A stretch of DNA of 64,000 bases from Eledone cirrhosa (GCA_964016885.1 OZ024741.1:295988001-296052000), one strand, 5' to 3'. Shown: positions 39,464 through 54,589, counted from the first letter of the stretch. Notes: generated by a model from the sequence alone, not told the origin. Numbers and translations: made by a program.

Positions 39464-39608
39464 ACAACAAATTTAATATAGAAATGGCTTATATATATAT
39501 ATATATATATATATACAACAAATTGAATATAGAAATGGCTTCTACAGGACTAGAACCGTTTCATTCATTTGTACAGCCGACCATGTAATTCTTCACCCTT
39601 TCACTACT

Positions 39609-39765
<157 letters not shown>

Positions 39766-40054
39766 CACACACACACACACATATGTGTATAAGTGTGTGT
39801 GTAAAAAGTAAACACAAATAACAAAGCAAACGACACACACAGTACATTGAAAAAATATATTAGTTTAACGCTTTTATACATATAGTATTAAATAGATCGA
39901 AGTACATATGTAGTTGTATTTAGGCTTATTTTTATCTCCATGATACATATTTCGCTGAGGTATACGGCTAGGTATTTTTCATCTTACCCATTCCAGTAGC
40001 TTGAGCTCTGGTATAAAAATTAAACTTAGAAACAATTTCGCGCGACTTGAAAAA

Positions 40055-40230
40055 CTTCTTCTTCGCCCACTTATTCCTGAAAGGGTCCGGGAGGCAGAGT
40101 CCTCAAATACTCTTTCCAGTGAATCCTGTAAGAAGCAACCGTCTCTAACTGATCCAGCTGGATCCCCAAGCATGACCAGCCAAGCTCATGGATGGTATCC
40201 AACCATCTTGCTTGGGGGGTCTACCCCTAG
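40055..40230 (-). mobile_element. RTE LINE 3' end
   Basis: PRGRP..RWLDTI..LGIQLDQL..W; same family as 57200-57360. Confidence 0.75.
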
Positions 40231-40402
40231 GTTGAAAAACTTAAAAAATATAAAAAAGTTTCTCAAAAAAATTCAAAAAGAATGAAAGAGAGTGAAAGAT
40301 TAGGAGAGATAGAGAGATGGCTTGAGAGTGGAAGCGAGCGAGAGAGAGAGGGGGGGTGAGATAAGTGGCTTGAGATTGAGAGCGAGATATAGAGAGAGGT
40401 GG

Positions 40403-40461
<59 letters not shown>

Positions 40462-42555
40462 TAATTGTTGAAATATAAGCAATGAGCATGACAGACAGCG
40501 CTAGAGGAAGATGTCTCAGCCATGAATATGTCAAATACCGGAAGTAAATAATTCGATATGTTAGTATGTGATAATCTGTTATTTATAATAAATATATTTA
40601 TGAAGTGGTGGTGGTGGTGGTGGTGGTGGTGGTGGTAGTGTTCGCGCTGGTGCTTGTGGTGCTGCTGGCGGTGGTGTTGATGGTGCTGGTGTTTGGGGTG
40701 GTGGTAGTACTTGTGCTGGGGGTAGAGGTTGTGATGGTGGTCGTGGCGCTTATGATGATGGGGTTGGAAGGTGCTTGTGATGGTGGTGGTGGTGGAGGTT
40801 GTGATGGTGCTCATGGCGGTTGTGATGATGGGGTTGGAGGGTGCTTGTGGTGGTGGTGGAGGTGGTGGTGGTGGTGGTAATGATGGTGGTGATGATGGTT
40901 ATGATGGTGGTGGTGCTGGTGGTGCTGGTGGTGGTTAGCTGCTGGTCAGCCGTGACTTAGCAAACCTGTGATCTAGTACATTCCAACCATGAGGTTGTGT
41001 CGTAGCAGCTGTATTCTTAAGGCGGTGTGTCACAGCAGCTGTATGTCGGTCGTTGACCAGGCAGATCTATCATCAAAGCATGCATCTGTAACAATCCTGT
41101 ATTTCCCCTGTCATAATGTATTATAACTACGTCGTCATTATCCAATATGTCCTTCTTTTTTAAAGATATAAGTATGATTTGAGGAGAATTTGATAGTTGT
41201 TTCTAGCATATCGACTAACCACATAGGGCAAAGCTGTCCAAATATTTCATTTTGGGGAGAAACCTTGTAAACAGTGGTTTTCGTGACAATTAATGTTTCA
41301 CAAGCGACCCGAACTTAAATAAACAATCAAATACCATATCGTGTATCTAATTGTATACAGAGTTGTCAAACCTGAAAGCAGAAGGAGCCTGCAGGTCTCG
41401 ACCATAGGTGATGGTAAGCGCCCCGAGCATAACCCTATTCCCGTTTGACCTGGGTAGATCTCTAATCTGGGACACCACATGCTGCGACAGGTTCTCCGCC
41501 TCCAACCTTGTCGTTTCACCCTCAAACCCCGGACACTGTTATCCATGACCTAAAGGAGAGGAAAATAGTTAAATACAGCGACTACACCCACCGCTTCCTT
41601 TGCTAGTCGTCGTCGAGATCTTTGGTGTCCTCGGTTTTTTTCCTCCACGAAATACAAAGTGGACTGTACCTGTAATTTAATGAGCCAGGCTTGTCACACC
41701 GAATCTCCCTGAGAATTACGTTAATGGTGCACCTGTCTTTGAAATATTCAGCTACTATCAATAAAGATGGTCTAAGATGGTCAGTATCAGTAACTCAATA
41801 GGACAGCCGTGTCACATATCACCATCTGAATTACGTTAAGGGCATCCCTGTCTGTGGTTTACTCAACCATTTGCATATTATTTTCATAATTTCATGGGGT
41901 GCTGTTATCTCGCCTGAAGAAAGAGCCCAGTGACATGGAATGGTTGAAGCAGAGACTGACTTACCAACCTCTAAAAACTTAAACAGGGAGTACCATGAAA
42001 AAAAGTACCCGAAAACGGGGAAAATGAGGCAGAATGGGGAGATTTTACATAATGAAAGCTATACCCATTTTCACAAGAGAAGCCATCTCTCACCCACCCC
42101 AAAGTGGGAGGGAGATCTCCCCGTCGGGCGTGGAGAGTTGACAGGCTTGCAGGGAGGTGCAGCTGTGGTGTACCACCTAGCCAACAGTGCAGTTTCCCCT
42201 ACCATTTTCTCTTCCCATTTAAAAAAATATTTTCTTTCATTCCTTTTTGTAATGTTTCTCTATCGAATTATAAATATATTACTATAAGTCTGTGATTGCT
42301 TGCTTGCTTGTCTGTAATGTGATACAGCCAAAAGGGACATAATGGGAAAATGCTTTGAAAGGAAGTTGACCCTGAAATGGGAATACAAATGGAATAAAAC
42401 ATGTTTCGCGTAAATCGGACAACGGCTTCCCGAGATATGGGGTTTTTCCTGGTACCTTTACAAACAGAGAGAGAGAGGGAGAGAAAAAGAGACATAGAGA
42501 GTGGGAGAGGAGACAGAGAAGGAGAATGGAAGTGAGTGGGCTGGTGGTGTTGTTG

Positions 42556-42586
<31 letters not shown>

Positions 42587-42666
42587 TTATATTTGATTGT
42601 GTGTGTATATATGTGTGTATATGTCTGTGTGTGTCTATGACCAGTGTATATAGATCACAGACACGC

Positions 42667-42701
<35 letters not shown>

Positions 42702-44079
42702 TATATATATATGTGTGTGTGTGTGTGTGTACAAACACACACATTTATATATATACATACACATACGTATATATATATGTGCCTTCCAGTTTCATTTCAC
42801 ATTATATACATGTCTGTGTATATTTTATTTATTTAAAAATTATTTTAAAGTGAACATGATTTTTTAAGAATATTTTGAAGTGAACGTGACCCAGCGGGTC
42901 ATGGGTGGTCAAGTAAATATATAAGATTGAATATAAATAAATTTTTCACATTAAAATATTTGTAAAAAAATTGATCATATTTCACTCATAAATTTCGCAA
43001 CACATCTAGTGACTATCACCGTCACGTTAAAGTGCTGAAACAATCCTTGATTTAGTCGATCATATCGACTTCAGTAATTATTTTTCCAAGTCTGGTTTAT
43101 ATTTTATTGATCTCCTTTTACGAACCGCTAATATTTACGAGACAAACAATCAGTAAACGTAAACACATGCACGGGGAGACACACGCAGATATATACATAC
43201 ATGTATGTATGTATGTATGTATGTATGTATGTATGTATGTATGTATGTATGTATGTATGTATGTATGTATGCATAATGTTTACATTCTTTTTAAATTCTT
43301 TGAATTCTACCGATAAAAAAAGGCTCTAGTTTCTAACTGTTTAACGTATAAAGAATGTGGCCGGTTATGTCTAAGTAAGGCGAGCCTTGGAAGTCATCAG
43401 AGAAGTCACGTACACGGGACACTGTCAACTGTGTATTTGATGGTATTTCTGTTTGTGGGGAGTGTGGAAAAGAGTGTGCCACAGTTGGTGGACTGAAACT
43501 TCATTCGAAAGTGCACCAAAATAGGACTGTAACACTTACTGCTAGAGACCTCCATTGTTGTAGCGTCTGTGCTGTAATAATTAAGGTTTTTCGTGTGTTT
43601 TCAGCTAATATGACTTCCGAAATGCTTGCAATCGATTTTTTCTCCGAAAACAGAATGGCGTGACCCTCGGATTTTCCCAGCCTCGGAGATTTCTTCTGTG
43701 AGAGTTCTTTTTTTCTTTTCGAATGATCTGACATCCAATTCACTTACTTTTCCGAAAACGGAGGCGTGAGAGATTGGTTACAGATAAACACTTTGCAGTC
43801 GTTTAAATTAATAGAAAAGCACCCGATGGGGATCGTGAAGAAATGTTTGTTTTCCTAGGTTTTTTTCGTGCTTTCAACTAATCTAATCTCTGACATGTTT
43901 ACAATCACCTTTTCCTAAAATGGAATTGGGAAGCCAGGTGGAGGGAGGCTAGCCTCACGGTTTCTTCCAGCATCAGAAATTTCTTCAGTGCGAATAACAG
44001 AAACGGGAAGGGAGGGGGACATACTGAGTTACGGAGTTACGGATAAGCATCTCTCAGCCTTTTAAATTTATAGAAAAGC

Positions 44080-44906
44080 AATCCTGAAGGACGTTTTGAT
44101 CCTTCATTTTGTACTGCTGTGGAAAGCGTTGTAACAAAATCTCTCATAAATGATCCCTGAGAGTAGCCAGACCTATAAATCTGTCGACAAAGTTGTTGAC
44201 GAGGACGATGCTATCTATTATCCCGTTGAATGTCTTAACTATCTGAAACTGTCCGGTGTGTTTCCACACAACCTTGAATTGAAGAAGGGCACATTAAACC
44301 ACACTTCCCAGAAACCTGGATCAGCCAAGATAGTGCAATGGAGCACATATGGTTGTGACTGAACTACAGCCTCACATTATCGAAGCCAAAATCCTCACTG
44401 AATGTGGTAAGGGAGACATCGCATTTATACTTAGAATGACACTAATAACAACAGATGAACCCACTCGTTTCAATTGATTGCAATTCCCAGTGAGAGTCAG
44501 TTATGCAATGACCATTAACAAGTCCCAAGGTCAAACCCTGCTGGTTGTCAGTCTCCATCTAGAAGATGGCTCTTTTTCACATGGTCAATTGTATGTAGAT
44601 TATTCCAGACTAGGAAGACCCCACTAACTCTTCATATATGCTCCAAAGAAAAATGTTACAAACATTGTATATACTGAAGTTCTGTAAATGTTTTATTATT
44701 TTCGTAGAATACATTTTTCTGTTATTTTCTATATTACTTCTATATTTAGATATGCTAAATAAATTTTTTAAATTATGTTATGCAATATTTAAATATTTTC
44801 AACGCCCTTTTATTCTAAGGAAAATGGACATTACGACAAATGACAATATGTGCCTTATGAATAGATCTGAGCACAGTACAGATCATGGTGAAGGCTGGGA
44901 GGCCGC

Positions 44907-44909
<3 letters not shown>
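44080..44909 (+). mobile_element. Helitron 3' fragment (PIF1 C-terminus plus CTAG end)
   Basis: [52 protein letters not shown]; ends CTAG|T at 44909 before (TA)n. Confidence 0.88.
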
Positions 44910-44976
<67 letters not shown>

Positions 44977-44997
44977 AACTCTGCTTCGTAGAATCGA

Positions 44998-45092
44998 GAC
45001 ATATCTGAGGATCTTGCGATTTCAGAGTCAGGTTTGATCATTGCATCGATCGTGCCTTGAGCTGGTCGCCAGAGAAACGATTGTAATATGTC
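44998..45092 (+). ncRNA. Hammerhead with 7-bp stem I and extended stem II
   Basis: GACATAT-CTGAGGA-TCT..GCGA..TCGC..AGA-GAAA-CGATTG-TA-ATATGTC followed by AATAAA, in a short island between (TA)n tracts. Confidence 0.8.
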
Positions 45093-45171
45093 TAATAAAT
45101 CTTATTCGTCGTACCAATGATTCTCCGTTTCTTATGTGATATATATATATATATATATATAAGAAAGTCCC

Positions 45172-45215
<44 letters not shown>

Positions 45216-45312
45216 AAATGTAAATAGAAATGCGAACACAAACGGTACATTATATAGAAGCAATATATTAGTGTAACCCTTGAAATAGCAGGATGAGGGT
45301 GTGTGTGTGTAT

Positions 45313-45345
<33 letters not shown>

Positions 45346-45521
45346 GGATTCATGTGTGTGTGTATGTGTGTGTGTGAGCGCGTGAGTGGAGGCGAATTCA
45401 CTGTCGTTAGAACGTCGGTTAGATTACTGAGCTTTTTGAGATCAAATCTGGCCGAGATTAACTTCGCTTTTCATTTGACATATGTCAACCGGACGCTGAA
45501 AGAGCAACGTCAAAACATTCG

Positions 45522-45778
<257 letters not shown>

Positions 45779-46081
45779 AGGACACAAGGGGTTTCCACAA
45801 AGTTTCCATCCGCCAAATTTCATTTACAAGGCTTTACTCAACCGAATTTTAAAGTAGAAAAAAAAACATGCTGAAGGTGGGACCGCAGTGGGACCGCAGT
45901 GGGACCGAACCTGAAATAACGTGGTTGCGAGATGTACGCTTCATATGTATATATGTGTGAGGATATGTATGTATGTGTGTATGTATATATGTGTATGTAT
46001 GTATGTATGCATGTATATATGCATGTATATATACATGTATGTATATGTGTATGTATGTATGTATGTATGTACGTGGGTATG

Positions 46082-46123
<42 letters not shown>

Positions 46124-46514
46124 TATATATATATGTATAACAACCCTGTCAATTCACCCCCACACACCGCACATACGTACGTACGCGCACACACACACGC
46201 ACGCACGCACGCACGCAAACACACACGTGGAGCCGGAGAGAGAGAGTGAGTGGTGGGTGCGTATTTAGGGCGTTCGCGCTCATTTACATGTAAAGAGAAG
46301 CGACAGATCCCAAATGAGGTGTGAGGTGGGGTGGGAGATTGTAATTCTTTCACATCTGTTGCCCTCCTCTCTCTCAAACTATTAAGGGTCTACCGTCGAG
46401 ATATTAATGGCGATTGCAGACCCCTATTAAGGAAATAACATAAATAACAACACAAATATTCATATACAGGAAAACAAGTTTGCCAATTAAACTACTTCCG
46501 GTTGAAAAGAAAAG

Positions 46515-47182
46515 AAAACAACAACAACAATAACAGTAACGACAACAACAATTATAACAACAATAACAACAATTATAACAACAGCGAAAACAACAACAAC
46601 AGCAACTATAAAACAGCTATAACAACAACAGTAACAACAACAGCAATAATAACGACAGCATTAACAACTATAACAACAGCAACAATAACCACAATAGCTA
46701 TAGCAATAATAACAGCAACGACAACAACAACAATAACAACGACATCGCTATCAACTATTATAAAAATAAAACGACAACAACAATAATAACAATGACATCA
46801 ACTATGACAACAACGTCAACAACAACGGCAGCAACAGCGGCAACAACAATAACAACAACGACAATAACTATAACAACAATAACAACAACAACGACAATAA
46901 CTATAACAACAACAATAACAACAACGACAATAACAACAGCAATAACAACAACGACAATAACAATAACAATAACAACAACGACAATAACAACAACAATAAC
47001 AACAACGACAATAACAATAACAACAACAATAACAACAACGACAATAACAACAACGACAATAACTATAACAACAACAATAACAACAACAACAATAGCAACA
47101 ACAACAATAACAACAACGACAATAACTATAACAACAACAATAACAACAACGACAATAACTATAACAACAACAATAACAATAA
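46515..47182. repeat. Compound (AAC/AAT)n low-complexity tract
   Basis: ACAATAACAACAACG-type units. Confidence 0.95.
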
Positions 47183-47255
47183 TTGTTTCTACTTTAGGCA
47201 CAAGGCCAGCAATTATCTCAACTGGGATAATTGCTGGCCTTGTGCCAAAAGTACA

Positions 47256-47290
<35 letters not shown>

Positions 47291-48158
47291 GAATAATCGA
47301 GTATCGAAAAATCAGCTCACGAGTTTACGATAAACAAATTCGACATGAGTGGCAGAGGGCTCAATAATTCAGATAAATCAGAGCTATAACTATCGTTAAA
47401 ATACCAACCCACAAAGATTATGTCTAAAATCACCCATGCGACCGAAAAATTACGATCAGGAAGATTCGGGTCACTCAGATAAAATATCAATAAATCAATA
47501 AATCATATGAATGTAAATATATATATATATAAGTGCATTACTGCTACTTTATTTTATCGACACCGTAAGGATGAAAGGCAAAGTTAACCTCGGCGGGATT
47601 TGAACTCACACCATAAAGGTCCGTAACTGTTTGCTGCAAAGCATGGCGTCCGACCCTCTACAGAAAAAAACGTACCGAAATTTTACAAAATAAAAGATAG
47701 GGAAAGAAGTAGTGTGTGGTGGTGGTGGTGGTGGTGGTGGTGGTGGAGGAGGAGGAGGAGGAGGAGGAGGAGGAGGAGGAGGAGAAGAAGAAGCTGGAGA
47801 AGCATGGGTATATTGGAAGTAGTGAGAGAGTTGTTTCACCCTAGGGCAAGCCTGCGTGCACAGCACAAGCACATTCCAATTGTGATCGTTCCGTGTTTTT
47901 TAAGGACCTTTATTAATAGATTATCCCTTGTGTTTTTCCTTCTTTCTGACAATAGGACATCACCGCTGTTTATCGTAGCACTACTGACTCGAGTAGGAAA
48001 GAGTATTTTAATGAGGTTTTATTAGTGGGGAGAAAATAGTAAAATATGATGAAGACACGAATGTTAAGGTTAGGAACAGTAAAATAAATATATATGTAGA
48101 CAACTACGGATTTAAAACACAGAAGTGTCTGCCTCAAATCAGAATATTTATCTATCTA

Positions 48159-48727
48159 CTAGCAGTGGTACCCGGCGTTGCACGGGATAAAGTATTTTGG
48201 AACGCGGGCCGCCAACAGACCTAATCGTGGAAAAACTGCATGCCTGGACAATATGTAAAGAAAATAAACCGAATACTCTGATGGCTGGATAATCTTTAAT
48301 ATTTTCCTCGATGAAGCAGGAAAAAATGTAGGTTTTCACCTAGTGCGGGCCCTAGGGGATCAAGAAAATGAATTTTTTTAATATGCATAATATGCCTTGA
48401 AATTGCGGGAAAATCGGCTAGACGTAACGCCTCAAAAAAGCTGAAAAAATGAAGTGTTTCACGTAATGGCCATTAAAAAGTTGGATTTTCTTTGCTCACG
48501 GTATGAAGAAGAGACTGACTAATACATAGTTACAATTTCAAGGAAATCGGTCTGACGTAACGCCTCAAAAAACCCCTAAAAAGCTGAAAAAACACAGTTT
48601 TTCACCTAATGCGGCCCTAGGGGATCAAAAAGTTGAATTTTTTATGTGCATAACACTCCCTGAAACATAAGTAATACACATGTAAAGTTTGAAAAAAAAT
48701 CGGTTGGATACTTCTCGTGTTTTAGGG

Positions 48728-48765
<38 letters not shown>

Positions 48766-48782
48766 AGTTTTATATATATAGA
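48159..48782 (-). mobile_element. 624-bp non-autonomous Helitron
   Basis: 5' TCTATATATATAAAA plus (TG)n at 48782; 3' CCCGTGCAACGCCGGG hairpin plus CTAG at 48159; A|T target. Confidence 0.88.
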
Positions 48783-49241
48783 TATCTAAAATCTCTCTTA
48801 ATGAAAGTGATGGACTTCAGGAGAAAATTTATCGCAATTAATGATCTTAACATCATAATAATAGTTTCTGATTTAGGCACAAGGCCAGCAATTTTGGGAG
48901 AGAGGAGAGTTGATTAAATCGAACCCAGTGCATTACTGGTACTTTATTTCATCGACCCCGTAAGGATGAAAGGGAAAGCTAACCTCGACGGGATTTGATC
49001 TCAGAACGTAAAGGGCCATAAATTCAATGCTGCAAGGTATGTTGTCCGACGCTCTACCGGTACTGCCAATCCACCGCCATAATAATTGTTTCTACTTTTG
49101 GTACAAGGCTAGCAAATATCCCAGTACATTACTGGTACTTTATTTTATCGACCCCTTAAAAATGAAAGGCAAACGTCATAATGATAATGATTTCTAAGGC
49201 CAACAGTTTGTGGGAAGGAGAAAGTTGATTATATTGACAAA

Positions 49242-49630
49242 TACTCTCGGATCCCAAATAATAAGAGAGGTTGGAATAAGCGAAGGGTGGGGGGTAGAAT
49301 CGGTAATTTTTTAGGTTGTCTCCGTTGATTTTTTTAAAAACCAGAATTAGTCGTTTAATGTACATTTTGAGACCCCAATCCATCCTATTTATTGTGTAAC
49401 GTTGTGTTTTTGTTTGTTTGCTTTTTTTCTTTTTTTTTCATGTTTTTAGTGTATAAAGAAAATTAATAGTCGCAGGAATGCTGCCACTTAAAATAAAATT
49501 TCACCGGAGATAAATTATCAAAATTTAATAAGTAGTAGGTGAGAGGTGGGGCGAATAAGTGCGGGGTGGTGGAAAACATTCTGAAAATTTAAAACGCAGG
49601 GGAGGGGGTGATTATTCGAGACCCGAGAGT
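49242..49630. mobile_element. MITE (copy of 5006-5366) inserted into a SINE
   Basis: TACTCTCGG..CCCGAGAGT termini; SINE halves on both sides. Confidence 0.7.
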
Positions 49631-49860
49631 CCTTTATTTTATCGACCCGGGAAGAACGAAAGGTAAAGGTGACCTCAGCAGGATTTGAGCTGTAGAAATG
49701 AGTTGCGACGTCACTGGTGCCTAGCTGTATAGGTCATTGCTTTTCCTTGGACAACTGGTATGCATGGGTGACTGGTAGCATTTCACAAACAACCTTACCC
49801 GCGCCTTGTACATCGGCTGAGAACTTTCCCATGATCATTCGTGACCGAAGGGAGTCTTTC

Positions 49861-50400
<540 letters not shown>

Positions 50401-51938
50401 ACATATTCAAACCAAGAACTTATCGTTTTAAGTTCGGTTTGAATAGTGAAAAAGAATTTCAAATCTTAGGATGAATATGTTAATGAGGATAACGTAAAAT
50501 TGGAAAAGATCGTTATATTTAGACGCTAGGTAAATTTAAATAATTATTAGGATTATTTTTTAAGGGAAGAGGAGATAGAGGTTAATATTAAGGTGGAAGA
50601 AATTTAAGGAAAGAATATAAGAAAAAAGTATATTAGAGTTAGAAATTGATTATTATTATTAGGGTCGATAAAATAAAGTACCAGTAATACACTGGTCCAT
50701 TGATGGCCTTGTGCCTAACGTAGAAACAATTATTAATATATGTATATATTAATATATGTATACATTAATAATAATATAAGGTTGGTGAATTGGCAGTATC
50801 GGTAGAGGGTCGGACGCCATGCTTTGACGTATAGAGTTACGGCCCTTGCCATTCTGAATTCAAATCCCGCCTAGGTTAACTTTGCCTTTCCTCCTTACAG
50901 GGTCGGTAAAATAAAGTACCAGTAATGTACTGGGTAATTGCTGGCCTTGTGCCTAACGTAGAAACAATTATTAATATATGTATATAAATTGTATGGAACA
51001 TATTTGTGAGGGTGTAGAGAAATTGAAATAATTATATTTAATTATTTTATTATTTAATTATATATTTTGGGAGTATCTATAATATAATGTGAGAATTATA
51101 AATGTGCTAAATTGGGAGAATATTAATTTAAAAATGAGAGATATATTGCATTCATATATATACGATTGGGTCTATTCTATTGGTGTGTTTTAATATTATA
51201 AAGATAATATTTATAAGTATATTTATGAAGATTTCTAAGTATATTTTTATTTTCTTATATTACGACAGGTTATTTATATATAAATAATTTTGGTGAGTAT
51301 ATATGTTGTTTTTATTAATAGATAGAAAATTTAAATATTTTTTATGTGAAGAGTTACGATAAATTTTTGTTTACATTTTCAATATATGTTTTAAGAAACA
51401 GGAAGTAGTTCTATTTTATTATAGAAATTATTTTGTACATTCAATAGTTGCATCAAGATAGGAATAAATTTACGAAAATATATTAAAAAAAAAAAATTTT
51501 AATATTTATGTAAAGTTTAGCTGTTACTTAGGAAAAATTAGAAAAAATGTGTAAGCGTCTTACGTTTCAAAAGAAAAGTTAACTCTAAAATTTCTTAGTT
51601 AAAATAGTTAAGTTCCATTTACCGCTTATTCTAGAATTTACTTTTAAAAAAATATTCTAATTATGATATATGGAAAAATTATTTTATATATGATTTTATA
51701 GTATATATTTTATATATGATTTTATAGTATCATGTATTACATATTTTCTAAGATAAAAATATATGTATTTTGATACCATTCCTTATATCTATGCATAGGT
51801 TAATGATAGTAAGTATTTATATGTATGGATTTTAAATAACTCATTGCTTATATATATATATATATACTGAAGTAAAAGTTAAGTGGAAATATCCACTAGA
51901 GTAAGAGCACTCAGTCCATAGGACGGGTTTAGTATAAA

Positions 51939-52094
51939 TAATTACAACTGACATAAACAGGTACTCAAGCATCGTTGGGTTTTGGGCCCCAATTCGTTCA
52001 GCCTATCTTTGTTTTTTATTTTTCTCATGACAGGCTGAACGAATTGGGACCCAAAACCACAACGAAACTTGAGAACCTGTTTATGTCACTATTG

Positions 52095-52100
<6 letters not shown>
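51939..52100. repeat. Imperfect inverted repeat ending in (TA)n
   Basis: TAATTACAA..TTCAGCCT / AGGCTGAA..TTGTAATTA, ~68-bp arms. Confidence 0.85.
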
Positions 52101-52129
<29 letters not shown>

Positions 52130-52250
52130 TAAAATAACAGATTAAAGTTTAAGCAAAGAAACGCTGCTTTCACCCTTAACGGGATCTTCTGAAACTGACC
52201 GTTAAGGGTGAAAGCAGCTATTCTTTGCTTAAACTTTAATCTGTTATTTA
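52130..52250. repeat. Inverted repeat, ~52-bp arms with 16-nt loop, continuing into PLE leader sequence
   Basis: AAATAACAG..CTTAACGG / CCGTTAAG..CTGTTATTT; 52250-52340 resembles 31510-31600. Confidence 0.9.
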
Positions 52251-52377
52251 CTTACTCCAGAAAACTGTCGAGTGCTTTGAATCAGTCGTAAACATCTATA
52301 TTTGTTGGATTTCCAACAAATTAAATATCTCTTATACATATATATAAATATACTGAGAGGGAGAGAGAAAGAGAGGG

Positions 52378-52454
<77 letters not shown>

Positions 52455-52863
52455 CTGTAAGTGTGCGTAGGAGATTGAAATTTCAAAGTATGTTTTTGCT
52501 CTTGAGCAAAACCCTGGGTATAAATTATCGCGGGTATAATTCTTCCGGTGTATCCCCAATTTATAGTGACAATTCGTACATCGTGGTATTTTGCTCCACA
52601 GCATTGACTTGCTGTGAAAAAATATATATATATATATTTATATATTATATGTATATATGTATATATATACATATAATATATAAATATAGATATATTCGAT
52701 ATGTCTCATGAAATAATACAGCCAATTTTCCACACAATACATTTAGTTAGCACCCCGAACTCATAATTAGGAATATACTCACTTATTTCCTAATGTTGGT
52801 TGAGTGAGTTGGAATTTGGCCGGAGTATCGCTAAAAGCTTTCTCCGATAATGTATTTATTTAT

Positions 52864-52904
<41 letters not shown>

Positions 52905-52929
52905 AGAGAGAGAGAGAGAGCGAGAGCGA

Positions 52930-53017
<88 letters not shown>

Positions 53018-53321
53018 GGAGATTTTATCTCGAAATATCAGAACAGATAAATAAATAAGGTAACATATAACATCTTGCTTCGACTTAATTTCTTGTTCGT
53101 CCATTTCACATTTTCGTGGCCTTCAGACTTGTTCTATACATACACAATGCTTCAAACAAACTTCAATGTTCGCCTAAAGGGGGTCAATACAGCTGAAACT
53201 AGTAAAAGAAAACAAAAATATATAAATAATCATCAAATTACTTGGCACGTGAATATGGAAACATTCTAGATAACCAAAAGGTCAGTCATTGTATTTTTCA
53301 AATCATATATATACATACACG

Positions 53322-53381
<60 letters not shown>

Positions 53382-53388
<7 letters not shown>

Positions 53389-53677
53389 AAAAAGGGATGA
53401 AATCGAAAATGCAACTGAAGTCTTATTTTTTTTAAAAATATATATATTTATTTGGTTCGTTTACCGGTTTCGCAGTTCTTCTGCTTTTCAAAAGGTGAGT
53501 TGAGATGGAGGGTCTGTGGTTTTTCTCATGTGAGAAAAACCACAGACCCTCCATCTCAACTCACCTTTTGAAAAGCAGAAGAACTGCGAAACCGGTAAAC
53601 GAACCAAATAAATATATATATTTTTTAAAAAAATAAGACTTCAGTTGCATTTTCGATTTCATCCCTTTTTCTTTATA
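53382..53677. repeat. Palindrome, 147-bp arms with 2-nt loop, starting at (TA)n
   Basis: Centre TCTCA-TG-TGAGA at 53529-53530; one mismatch seen. Confidence 0.97.
53564..53601 (+). ncRNA. Hammerhead variant with U3/A8 core (mirror copy at 53458-53495 on minus)
   Basis: CCTT-TTGAAAA-GCAG-AAGAA-CTGC-GAAA-CCGG-TA-AACG. Confidence 0.65.
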
Positions 53678-53741
53678 CTTCCATTCGTGTAGCACACCTC
53701 GGTTATTTTTCATTTTGTAAAAAAAACCTCACTTTCTAATA

Positions 53742-53774
<33 letters not shown>

Positions 53775-53789
53775 CACAGTGTGCATATG

Positions 53790-53924
<135 letters not shown>

Positions 53925-54006
53925 CAACAACAAAGGAATTGTGGTAAGGAACCAAATGAACCATAACGCACCAGAGTACTCAATACTTAAGGTAGTAGAG
54001 TGGGAA

Positions 54007-54120
54007 ATAGGAAAAAAGTATGACCCCGACGGCAGAGCTCAAGCCATTTCGTCGGCTATTTCCGTCCTGAAATAGCCGTCAAAACGGCTTGAATTCTGCC
54101 GTCGGGGTCATGCTTTTTCC

Positions 54121-54123
<3 letters not shown>
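54007..54123. repeat. Inverted repeat, ~55-bp arms with 6-nt loop
   Basis: ATAGG..GACCCCGACGGCAG..GGCTATTTC / GAAATAGCC..CTGCCGTCGGGGTC..CCTAT. Confidence 0.9.
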
Positions 54124-54159
<36 letters not shown>

Positions 54160-54237
54160 AGATCCCGAGTTAAATCGGAGGTAACCACAGATAAGGTACT
54201 CAATACCTTAGTAAATTGTGAACATCGAGAAGAAACC

Positions 54238-54273
<36 letters not shown>

Positions 54274-54373
54274 GGTTTCTTATATATATATATATATATA
54301 AGTTTTCCCGAGTTCAATCGGGGGTAACCACAGTAAGTAAGGTACTCAATACAGTGCAGAGTATAAAAGTTTA

Positions 54374-54505
54374 ATATAGAAAAGCTTCTACAGGACTAGA
54401 ACTGTTTCATTGGTGAGAAATCATCAGGAAGCTGACTGTCAGCCTGGACAGTCAGCTTCCTGATGATTTCTCACCAATAAAACAGTTCTAGTCCTGTAGA
54501 AGCTT

Positions 54506-54513
<8 letters not shown>
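54374..54513. repeat. Inverted repeat, 67-bp arms, each carrying a 39302-family hammerhead (54385-54431 minus, 54456-54502 plus)
   Basis: Loop AGCCTG; the single mismatch changes GAAA to AAAA in the plus copy. Confidence 0.93.

Positions 54514-54589
<76 letters not shown>

Noticed and set aside
41290-41560. GC-richer segment as a LINE 5' UTR with an HDV-like ribozyme
   Set aside because: I could not establish the nested double pseudoknot by eye
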